Shown: piece after piece, positions 39,101 to 51,300 of the stretch | Numbering within the stretch: the stretch's first letter is position 1 | How the letters are laid out: each line of letters opens with the position of its first letter | Assembly (NCBI GenBank): GCA_050273025.1 | Contig: CP158635.1 | Span: forward strand, 12,152,001-12,216,000 | Direction: 5' to 3' | Source of the DNA: Cenococcum geophilum | Taxonomy: Eukaryota | Length of the DNA stretch: 64,000 nucleotides | Made by a program: the position numbers and the translations under genes | Notes under the pieces: generated by a model | The model's database searches: none | What the model was told of the DNA's origin: nothing | The model's input: the letters and a program-made list of their open reading frames with translations, nothing else

Positions 39101-42100
39101 GTTAGTAGATTTTAAGGATTGGCTCTTAGGTAAATAATTCTTTAAGTTCTTTAAATAGCTTTCTTTATTTATTTCCCTATGCCTATAGTTTCTCCTTCTT
39201 TATAAGCCTAGTAAATAGTTTAATATTCTTTAACTATTGTGCTATAAACCTCCTATAGTAGTTGCAAAACCCTAAAAATAACCTTAACTGTATTATATTC
39301 TCTAGTTCTTACTAACTTACTATAGCTTTAATTTTTTTTAGGTCTATACTAATATAACCTAGTTTAATAATAAATCTAATAAAATCGGTCTTCCTTATAA
39401 AGAACTCGTATTTCTTAATCGCTACTAGCATCTATTCTTCTTATAGTCTCTTTAAGACCTATTTAACGTATTCCCCGTGTTCTTCCTTATTTATTAAGTA
39501 GATAATAATATTATTAAGGTATGCTATAATAAACTTATTAAGGTATTCTCCTAACACGCTGTTAATTCTTTTCTAAAACGTTACTAGTGCATTTATTAAT
39601 CTAAATTGCATTACTAATAGTTTATATAGTCCTTTTTTTTAACCTAAAGGCTACCTTCTATTTATCACCTTCCTTAATTTTAATCTAATGGTATGCCTAT
39701 CTCAGATCTATCCTCGTAAAGATTTGCGCGTTACCTATCCCATCTTAGATTTCGCTAATTAAGGGTAAAGGATACCTATCCTTCTAAGTAATGCTATTTA
39801 ACTACCTATAGTTAATGCATAGCCTAAGTTTTCCGTTCTTCTTTAGTATAAATAGTACTAGATAACCTACTAATAACTGTAATAGTCTGATATATCCCTT
39901 TTATAAGTTCTTTTAGATAAACTTTTTAAGTGCTCTTAACTCCTCTTAAGTAAGCTTATAGGTTAAAAAGAATCTTAGACTCGTTTCTAGTTCTAACTCT
40001 ATCTTATAGTTCTACACTATATAATCCACCAGCTTTTTACTTTCTAGGCTCTATAGTTTCTTACTATACTTATAATATCTCTTTAGTATATAACTTAAGC
40101 CTCGCTTAGTCTCTTCGTATATTACTCTAACTTAGTACTATACTAACTTAGTTTACTACCACATCTTACGTTGTTAAGTATCTTTAATATTAACCTAGCC
40201 TGTAATCTAATTAATCTTTAGATTGTATTCCTATAACTAAGGTATTCCTAATACTACCTTATCTTGTCCTAATAGTAGGATATTAAAAGATATCTTAATT
40301 TGTTTTCCTTTAATAGTTATCTAAATAGGTCCTATTTTAAGATTAATAATCTCTCTTCTATAGGCTATTAGATCTCCCAAAATTATAACTAATAGGTAAG
40401 GTTATTCCTTCTATCTATAAGGTAATCCTATTCTCTTAACTGCTATTAGTAAGATGTAGTTCTATATTACTCCACTATCTATTAATGCTTTAAACTGTTA
40501 ATCTTGCCATTTAACTTATAAATTTAGGTATTGTCCTTAAATTCCTTTAAGGGTCTAAGGCTCTACTACTAGCTCCCTCTAGTCCTGTAGGCCTCCACTT
40601 TTCCTAATTATTAGCTGCTAGATCCTTATACACTTAGCTCGCTCTTTAGCCAATATCTAGTTTACTTTTTATCCTCTATATGCTATAGACACGTATTCTT
40701 TAGGCATTTCTACTACTATTATCCGTCTAAGCATTCTTCCGTAAGGAATCTTTTTAGTTAAAGTATTAAGTCTTTTAACTCCTAAACTTCTACTAGATAC
40801 CAGCTATATATATACTTAGCATTTCTATACTATCGCTCTTCTAGCGCCTAATATATCCTTATAAAGTATTTCCAATTCTTTTTTTTTAGATTCTTATATA
40901 TTTTATATATATCGTCTATATATACAATCTATAATAGTATATAGTATATTAGGTGCTTTAGGTTAACTCTTAACTTATTTTCGTTTTTAAGTTTAAACCT
41001 TTATCGTGCTAATCTAAACGTTATAACTTTATTTGTAGGTACTAAGATACGTCTCTTGCTTCTCTAGTCCTCTAATTATTCTTTTAGATCCTTTAACGTT
41101 ATAATTAAGGCTCCTTTAATATAAGTTATAGCCTTCTCTGTAATTAGGTGGTCTTAAATAACTTATTTATCTAATTATATATAGAAATCTTCCTACTTAT
41201 TATTATGTCGCTATCTATACCACTTTTAGTACAGCTATTAAAGTATATATAGCTTGTCCGTAAGGAAGTATCTTCTTATTACTATATTATAACAGCCTTT
41301 AGTATATTGTTCTTTAAATCTAGTAGGGATCCCTAGATCCTCTTTATTTTCTATTTTAGTAAGCCACTTAGCTCTTAGTGTGCCTGCCCTAGGCCTATTA
41401 GTAATTCTTTATATAGGTGCTCTATCTCTTATACGGCCTAGTGTACTAGATCTCTAGTCTAGTTTCTATTCTTACTATACGATGATTCTTTACCTAAATT
41501 CTTCTATAGTATCTTTTGGTTTGCGTCTTATAGATAAATCCTTAAAGTTCTCTTACTTCTTAATCCTGGTATTAATATTTTAATCCTATTACTAAGCCTT
41601 ACTCGCAATTTCTTTAATAGTCCTTATTCTATTATTAAAATCTTAGTCCTATAGGATTTTTAATCCTAAGCTTGCTTCTATCTTAAGCTTTACTCTAGCC
41701 TTAGTCTAACTAGGCTTCTATAGTGTTTTTATCTCATCTTAAAAGTCTTATGCTTTTAGGAAACGTCGTCCCAAGCTTATTCGTATATTGCTAAACTGAG
41801 CCATTACTCTGCTCTATCGGTTATTGTCCATTATAGGTCCTTAAGCTTATCTTATCCCGTTTTAGGAATCTTAAGCGTCTTACATTTCTTCTTAAAAATC
41901 TTAAGCCTTTAGCCTTTTACCTTTATTAAGTGCTAAAGTAGTTTGCTGTCCTACTTCTCTTACATTTTATAAAGCGATAGATATTATATCTAGTAGGGTC
42001 TTAATCCCTACTAATGTTCCCTATTCTATAGTGGAATTATTCTCTACCTCTTATATAATATTTCTGAGGTCTGTATACTTCTAGTAAGCTGCTTTTATTA

Positions 42101-42595
42101 CCTTATTATTACTAAATATTTCGCCTATATTAAATTTATCGTCCTTAATATCCGATCTGCGAACTAGTTTATTAGTTCCTCTAAACTCTAATAATTTTAG
42201 CTCTTATAGCTAATAGCTTACGCTATACTTAGCGTCCTTATAAATTTAGTATATATTATTATAACAAAACGCGAAACTTTTAATTAAATACTCTTTTGTT
42301 CCTTATAGTATATTATTATCCCTTTATACGTATATATTATCTACTAATCTTATTCCTTTTACTATATAGTAACTTTAACTACTTCTACAGTCTTTAACGT
42401 AATAACCCTATTTTCCGCAATTTATATAAGCCCCTTTTTTAAACCATTTTTCTTACTATAGAGTCCGCCTAAACGTCTTCTGCTATTAAGATCCCTAGTT
42501 TAGCCTCTACTCCTTAGACCTTTAATTACTTAATCCTTATCCTCTAGGTTTTTATAGTCGTTTATTTTATCTTTAGTTTTCTTTAGTATTACTTA
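36152..42595 (-). mobile_element. Ty3/Gypsy family B, copy B2 (3' LTR, chromodomain, IN, RH, RT, PR, linker), truncated within gag
   Basis: LTR at 36152-36547 is followed by the reverse-complement PPT CCATCCCCCTCTT. Colinear with B1 and B3. 5' gag and 5' LTR are missing. Confidence 0.93.
36653..37200 (+). pseudogene. Antisense accessory ORF of Gypsy B2: Zn2Cys6-like cluster plus coiled-coil (RIPed; end approximate)
   Basis: ATG at 36653. TAT/TAC codons (RIPed TGT/TGC) with spacing x2-x6-x13-x2-x6 at 36737-36841. Downstream ARLSRLAKVRKKVR. A homologue is present in B3. Confidence 0.7.
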
Positions 42596-42930
42596 TATGA
42601 CGGCTCGAACCATTAAACAAATGTCTTGACGTAGACTTGAACAAATGCTTGCAAGATGAAGCGAACGAATGCTGTATTACAAAGATATCAAGGTAAGGAG
42701 CAGAAGGTGGTAAGGCCACGTCTAAATACACAAGCCAAGCCTTAAGCGAACCCCTGACTAGGTGACGCGCCCCAGCGCCGTTACATCACCCGTGGTTACA
42801 GGTCGGCTAGACCACGCTAAAAGGTCGGCCTACCATAAGCGCTAATGCACAATCCCTGCACGGGGCAGCCTCAACTCAAAATACAAAGTCATGTGGTCAA
42901 CCGAGCCTAAATCGCTTATCCTACCACACA
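42596..42930. mobile_element. LTR of a further family (335 bp), probably solo, largely un-RIPed
   Basis: T(G>A)TGAC...CACA termini, ACTTA on both sides (42591-95, 42931-35), higher GC with CpA retained. No second copy in the window. Confidence 0.65.
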
Positions 42931-43002
42931 ACTTACCTCCTAACTAAAATTAACTATTATAAATAACTAGTTATAATATATTTAGAATATATTTAGAACA
43001 TA

Positions 43003-43176
43003 GAGCACCACAGGTGACTCGCAGGCGCCTCGCAGGCGCCTCGTAGGCGAGTCCCAAAAGGCGGGGAGATGGATCACGGGGTTTTCTCAAATAGAGTTTT
43101 CTCCCCACATGTATATAAGGAGTAGTCCGCGTGGGCCCAATAGGGATCCGAATCGGACGTTAAGCAATGAATAATA
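43003..43176 (+). mobile_element. SINE-like or 5'-truncated LINE 3' end, 174 bp
   Basis: GC-rich insert ending CGTTAAGCAATGAATAATA, flanked by a 14-bp direct repeat ATATTTAGAACATA (42989-43002, 43177-43190) inside a short 12-bp tandem repeat. Confidence 0.72.
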
Positions 43177-43341
43177 ATATTTAGAACATATTTAGAATAT
43201 ATTTAATATATATTCTAATTTAAAATACTTCTTTTTAGTAATAATATAAGGGTTATTTTGGCCCTTACTCGGCTACATTACCTAGGGGCTCTTAGGGGTC
43301 GCCAAGGCTAGCCTTCGGCTAGCCCTTAGCACCTCCTTATA

Positions 43342-43585
43342 CGAAGGACGGAGCAAAAAGATATTTCCACTTCCTTTTTAGGACTAGTGGCAACCCCCTA
43401 TAAGGTCGCTAAAGTTATAGGGGCTCTGTCGCCTAAGTAACCAAGTTTTAGGCAGTCTATGCCCCTAGACCCGCTAAAAGCCCCCCAAAGAGGCCTAAAA
43501 CCTTAGTAACCTTATAGGCACCTTATAGGGAGAAAACCGCTAGTCCTAAAAAGGAAGGGGAAATCTCTTTCTACTCCGTCCTCCG
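43342..43585. mobile_element. Putative MITE / foldback, ~65-bp imperfect TIRs, TA-flanked
   Basis: 43340-43405 is an imperfect reverse complement of 43521-43587 (core CTTCCTTTTTAGGACTAG / CTAGTCCTAAAAAGGAAG). Confidence 0.6.
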
Positions 43586-46500
43586 TAAGCACCTTAGGCT
43601 TACAGCCCTTTCCCTCCTTATTAGTTTGTCTCTATACTTAAGCTATTATCTATCCTTATTACTATATTGTCCTCTTTTATTAACTTCTTATATAACTTAT
43701 ACTCGGCTTACCTACTCCCTACTATACACCTTAGCAATACTGCCTTATAAATAATTTTAAAAAAAAGCTATAAAATAGTATATTAGAGTTAAATATAGCT
43801 ATAAAAGTAAATTAAGTTCCTAATATATTTTAATCTAATTTATAATATATTCTAATTTAGTTTTAAATATATTTTAATCTATTTTTAAATATATATAATT
43901 TAAAGTTCTTTTTATTATATTTATAAATAAAAATTATTTAAGCTCTTTATATTACGGACGCTTTAAGTATAATATTATAACTATTTAAAGAAGAGTTGGA
44001 AGAAGCTAGTTAGTTAATTTAGGTATAGTCTAGAATAGAGTTAATAGAGCTATATAATAAGAAATAATAACTAAGGTTATATAACGTTATACGCAGTATA
44101 CGCAGTATATAAAGGGAACGTATATATAATATATATAATACATACCTTACGTATAAAGGGGATTTCTTAGGAGTATAGTTATATATTTAAAGGACCACAG
44201 TCCCTACTTAAATAGTTCTCTCCTTTATAATAAATCTTAGAATATAATTAGAGTTAATCTATTAGGTAACTACTCCACTAATTATATTTACGTTGTTAAC
44301 TATTCTATACCTATATACCCAGCCTATTAATAAGTCTACTATAATTCCTGCTATAAGGCTTTATTATATATTTACTACTAAGGTTATAGTAAAAAAAGTT
44401 AAATAATATGCTACTAAAAGCAGCAGCTACGACGGCGTTAACAGCGGCGACTACCTTAGGATTAGGTAATAACACTAGTATAGTAGATACTAACTTATAA
44501 CTAGTTACTATTAAACAGCTATAGAAAATAGTTAATTAATTAATAAATAATAATAGAATACTTAAAGAAAGGATTAACGGGATTAGAGCGGCTAAGGTTA
44601 AGTTACCCTTAATTAAGCAATTCTTAAAAGAGAAGTTAAAGTTTAAAGGATTCCTTATATAAATGCACTTTAAGGTTATATAGGAAGGAGTTAAACTAGA
44701 AACGCCTATAGATAAAGTCGCTTATATAGGATTATTCTTAATAGGAAGAGCACTTAAGTAGTTTAAGCCTTACCTTATAGAGGTATAGGAGTATAGCATA
44801 ATAACTACTAACTAGGAGGTATAGTATATATTCTTAAGTTAAAACAGGTTCGCGGAATAATTAACGCAAATATTTAGAGACCTAGAGGCAACTACTATAG
44901 TAGAAAGAAAGCTTTAAAACCTAGTATAAAGAACTTTAGTAATTAAGTACATAATGTAGTTTTAAATCTTAATAATATAGGTCGAATAAAATAATAAAGC
45001 GCTTTTAGCATAGTATAAACAGGGACTTAAGATAAAAGTTTAGGATGTAATTATTCTAATAGAAGATGCGGATACTCTTAGGGATTTAATTAATTAAGTA
45101 ATTAAGATCAATAATAGGATCTACTAAAGAGAGTAGACCAAAAAGGGTTAGAATAAAGTTCTATAGTTATATAAAGCGTAGGGCACGCATTAGCAAAGTT
45201 AAAGTTAAAAACTATAATATAGCGCAGAGCTAATAAACCTAAGTAGTACTAAAGAATCTAGAAAATAAAATAAGAAATTATAGAAACCTAGAGGACAAGG
45301 ATTAAGTAATTAAAGGTCTAAAAAGTAAAGGCTAAATTAGGGATCTTAGTAGTAGAAGACATTTAGGCGGACTCTATAATAAGAAAAATGGTTTAAAGAA
45401 GAAGCTTATATAAATTGCGGAAAATAGGGTTATTATATTAAAGACTATAAGAGTAGTTAAAGTCACTATATAGTAAAAGGAACGAGACTAGTAGAAGATA
45501 TATATAGAGGGATAATAGTGTACTATAAGGAACAAAAGAATGTTTAATTAATAGCTTTGCGTTTTATTATAATAACGTATACCAAATTTATAAAGACGCT
45601 AAGTATGGCGTAAGCTACTAGCTATAGGAGCTAGGATTATTAGAGTTTAGAGGAACTAATAAACCAGTTCATAGATTGGATATTAAGGACAATAAGTTTA
45701 ATATAGGCAAAATATTTAGTAATAATAAGGTAATAAAGGCAGCTTACTAGAAGTATATAGACCTTAGAAATATTATATAAAAGGTAAAGAATAATTCCAC
45801 TACAGAATAGGGAATATTAGTAAGGATTAAGACCCCACTAGATACAATATCTATCGCTTTATAAGATATAAAAAAAGTAGAATTATAAACTACTTCGGCA
45901 CTTAATAAAGGCAAAAGGCTATAAGCTTAAGATTCTTAAGATAAAATATAAGATAACTAAGATTCTTAAGATAAGATAAGGTAAGCTTAAGGACCTATAA
46001 TAAACAATAACTAAAAGAGCAGAGTAATGGCTTAGTTTAGTAATATATAAATAAGCTTAGGACGAAGTTTCCTAAGGATATAAGACTTTTAAAATAAGAT
46101 AAGTAAGATTTAAAACTCTTAAAATAAAATAAGAACATTAGTAAAGCCTAGTTAGACTAAGGCTAGAGCTAAGCTTAAAATAGAAGTAAGCTTAGGATTA
46201 AGAATCTTATAGAACTAAGATTTTAACACATAAATAAGGACCATTAAAAAATACAACACTAAGATTAAGAAGTAAGAAGACTTTAAAGATCTATCTATAA
46301 AATATAAACTAAAAGAAACTATAGAGGAATTTAGGTAAAGAATTATCATATAATAAGAACAGAAACTAGATAAGAGGTCTAATATACTAGGACGTATAAA
46401 GGATAGAGTACCTATATAAAGAATTACTAATAGGCCTAGGGTAGGTATACTAAGAGCTAAGTAGCTTACTAAACTAGAAAATAAAGAGGATCTAGGGATC

Positions 46501-48393
46501 CCTACTAGGTTTAAAGAACGATATATAAAGGGCTATTACAACATAGTAATAAGAAGATACTTCCTTATAGATAAGCTATATATACTCTAATAGCTATACT
46601 AAAAGTAGTATAGATAGCGACATAATAATAAGTAGGAAGATTTCTATATATAGTTAGATAAATAAGTTGTCTAGAACCACCCGATTATAAAGAAGGCTGT
46701 AACTCACATTAAAGGAGCCTTAATTATAACGTTAAAAGATCCAGAGAAATAATTAGAGGATTAAAAAAGTAAGAGACGTATCTTAGTACCTATAAATAAA
46801 GTTATAACGTTTAGATTAACACGGCAGAGGTTTAAACTTAAACTTAAAGATAAGTTAAAAGTTAACCTAAAGTACCTAGCACACTATATACTATTATAGA
46901 TTGTATATATAGATAATATATATAAAATGCACAAGAATCTAAAGGAAAAGAATTAGAAATACCCTATAAAGATATATTAGGCGCTAAATAAGCAAAAGTA
47001 TAGGAATGCTAAATATATATATAGGTAGCATCTAACAGAAGTTTAAAAGTTAGAAGACTTAATACTTTAACTAGGAAAATTCCTTACAGAAAAATACTTA
47101 GATAGATAATAGTAGTGGAAATACCTAGAGAATATATATCTATAGTATATTAAAGACAAAAAGCAAACTAGGTATTAGCTAAAGAGTAAGCTAAGTATAA
47201 TAGGATTAAGTAGCTAATAGTTAGGAAAAGTAAAGGCCTATAGGACCAGAGGGAGCTAGTAGTAGAGCCTTAAACCCTTAAAGGAATTTAAGGATAATAC
47301 CTAAATTTATAAGTTAATTAGCAAGATTAACAGTTTAAAGCACTAATAGATAGTAGAGTAACGCGAAACCATATCTTACTAGTAGTATTTAAGAGAATAG
47401 GATTACCTTATAAATAGAAGAAGCAACCTTACCTATTAGTTATAATTTTAGGAGATCTAATAGCCTATAGAGAAGGGATTATCAATCTTAAAATAGGACT
47501 TATTTAGATAACCATTAAAGAAAAATAAATTAAGATATCTTTTAATATCCTACTATTAGGATAGGATAAGGCAGTATTAGGAATACCTTAGTTATAGGAG
47601 TATAATCTAAAGATTAATTAGATTACAGGTTAAGTTAATATTAAAGATATTTAATACTGTAAAATGCGATAGTAAACTAAGTTAGTATAGTACTAAGTTA
47701 AAGCGATATATAAAGAGACTAAGCGAGGCTTAAGTTATATACTAAAGAAATACTATAAATATAGTAAGAAATTATAAAGCCTAGAAAGTAAAAAGCTAGT
47801 AGATTATATAGTATAGAACTATAAAATAGAGTTAGAACTAGAAATAAGTCTAAGGTTCTTTCTAACTTATAAGCTTACTAAAAAAGAGTCCAAAGTACTT
47901 AAAAAGTTTATTTAAGAAAACTTATAAAAGGGATACATTAAATCATCGCAGTTATTAGTAAATTATCCAGTACTATTTATACTAAAGAAGAATAGAAAAC
48001 TTAGGCTATATATTAACTACAGACAGTTAAATAGTATTACTAGAAAGGATAGGTATCCTTTACCCTTAATTAGCAAAATCTAAAATCGGATAGGTAATAC
48101 GCAAATTTTTATAAAAATAGATCTAAAATAGGCATACTATTAGATTAGAATTAAGAAAGGTAATAAATAAAAGGCAGCCTTTAGGTTAAGAAAAGGACTA
48201 TATAAACCATTAGTTATATAATTCGGATTAATAAATATACTAGCAACATTTTAAAAAAGAATTAATTATGTATTAGAAAAATACCTTAATAAGTTTATTA
48301 TAGCATACTTCAATAATATTATTATCTACTTAATAACTAAGAAAAAATACAGGGAACACGTTAAATAGGTTTTAAAGAGACTATAAAAAGAAC

Positions 48394-51300
48394 TATATAA
48401 TTATAGCACCTATTATATTAACTATATACTTACACATTCGGTATACCAGGTACATATTTACGCGTTTAGTGCACTAACTACTTGCTTACGCGTCTAGTGC
48501 ACTTATAAAGCACTAACTAATTAGGGGGGAGGTATATTAGTATATAGACTACGTAGTCTACTTTATATAATTAACAGTCACTATTATCCGAACGAGTATA
48601 TAATACTATACGTATTTCGTGCCCCTAGATCTAACTTACTTATACTATTAAATTAGTACAAATATTAATTAATAAGCGTGCATAGATTAGCAATTACTTA
48701 ATACCTCTCCCTAAGCAATACTCGACAGCGACTACCTGTTTAGACTCCTAGTATAACCTACTAGAAGGTTAAAAGTCAGGGATTACAGACTTATCTCTAA
48801 CTCTATATACTTATTTAAGTCTTAGTACAGTTTACTAGAAGTTATAAACGTAAATATAAACCTTTATAAAACCCCCTATCCTTAACCCCCTTAAACCTTA
48901 AACCTCTTTAAACCTTACGGAAACCTCCTACCCTCCTATAAACCGTTATGGACCCATTAATTGCCTTTACGGACTACTATAAGACCTCTTAAACTATTAT
49001 AGACCTACTAATTAATTTTACGGACTGTTATAAGACCTCCACCCGCTATAAGCTATTACTACCCTCTATAGCTTATATAGATATACTATACTATATAATA
49101 TAGCAGATATAACTAAGTAAATTAGTAAAGGTTAAAAGAAGTAGAGTTAAGGAGTTAACCTCACATCTATAGACGGCGTTAATAACTATATTAATTTTAA
49201 AACCCTTAAATATGGATACTATAAGCTTCTAAATAATAACCTATAGGAGCAATATAAGGAAGACTTTGCAGACTTTATAGAAGCTATTCTTAAGGCTTAT
49301 AACCCTACTACTATCTATAACCTATAAACCCTTTTATATTACTAAGATATATAGGTTAAAAAGGATAAATAAGTTACTGTTGTATGGTCCTTATATAATA
49401 TAATATAGGAGGAGGACTAAATAGAATAGATTAAAGAGGAAATCCTAGACTAGGTAAAAGCCACTAAAGAACTCTTTACTTTTTTTTAAACTTAATAGGA
49501 TCGCTAGCCTTATACCTAACCTACTTAACTAAATTTACCCTATAAACCTAAGCGGTTTTAGAACTAACCTTACTAGCTAAAATATACCCTACTCTTAAGC
49601 TATGGACTATAATACCCCTATAAATCAAAATACGGACTAAATTACCCCTATTATTTAAGTTACAGATCTATAAGCTATATATCCGCAAACTATATATTTA
49701 TAAGCTATATATCCGCAAGCCACAAATCTATAAGTAATAGATCCGTAACCTACCTAAGTAAAGACCTATAGTAAGGAGCTAGCTAACCTAGCTAAATTTT
49801 ACACTAATAAATCTAAGTATAGCGGTAAAAATAATAACTTTAACTTTAAACTAACTATCTTTACGGACCTTTATTAAAAGGCTAATATTCCTAAATAGGA
49901 ATTTAGCCAAGCCTATTCCACCATACTGCGCGGCCTAGTACTTAACTACTACTACACTAACCTTAAAAGCAACCCCCTTAGTGTTCCCTTTAATAAGCTA
50001 TATAAAGCTATATATAACTACTTTAAAGGACCAGAATATAAGCGTAATATCCTTACCTAATAGGATGCGACTAAGCTATAGACTATAATTAATAAGAACA
50101 CTAAAAAATCGACTATAGAGTGCCTACAAATCCTTATTAAAGACCTTTAGCACCTATAGCACAGCCTTAACGCCAAGCTTTAAATAGACGACTTCCTATA
50201 TAATAAACTTATTATAGCCTACTAGGAAGTAGAGCCCTATAAGTACGCCTATTACAAGCCTATAGATACCTTAGCTAGCCTTATTAATAATCTACGCTCC
50301 TCTATTATAATATATAAAGTCTTAAACCTACTAGGCAGCACTTAAGCCTTTATTATAAATATTTAATATCCGCAAATAGACTTAGATATCTACTTTATAG
50401 ACTACTACTACTATTAGCAGCATTTGTACCAACTAAGTCCTACCTATAACCCCTATAGTAACCCCCGTACAAAAATATACCCCTATAGACAAACTAGCTA
50501 AAAGTGCTTTATATACGGTAAAGAAGGATATTAGTCTATAAGATATACCTAAAAAGAATATAACAAGTCCAGAAAGAGACTTAATAGCTATATTAACCAG
50601 TTTATTTTTAGAATATAAAGAAAAGAAAGTAAAAAAGCCCCCTAATAAGTTAATAAAAGCCCTTATAATTAACTTTAATTTAAATACTTAGAAATAAAAA
50701 ACCTTAGAGACATTTCTAACTACTTTTAGACCTTTTACGGACAGCTAAGCCTTTAATATTACGACCGTATTAGCTAACCGTTCCTTTATATACTTAATTA
50801 CGCCCAAAAACCATTTTATAAGCACCCCCGTTATAAATATTATAAATTATAGGCAGGACCTATTTATATATATTACTACAGAACGCTATACCCCTAAGAA
50901 ATTCTATAGTGTTATAATTAACACAAATGCCTCTAAAAAGTCTACTATAGGCTATAGACAATACCTTATATATAGGACCATCACAAATAATAATATAGAC
51001 ATTAATATTACGCAAACTAGGGCCGTAAACGTCTAATTTAGCATCAGCTCAACCGCATTAATTAAATTAGTTAAAGTTAAGACTCTAATTGGCTTAGTTA
51101 ACTTCCACGTAGTAAAAGAAGATACCTCTTTTCTACTCTACCTTACGGATATAGATAGGTTATAGGTATACTATAATAACGTTATAGACACCCTAATTAG
51201 CCCTATAACTACCCTAGGAAGTAAGTATATTACCCTACTAATTATATAACAATTTAGACACTCGTTCCTTATATAGGGAGAGACCTTACAGATATATATT

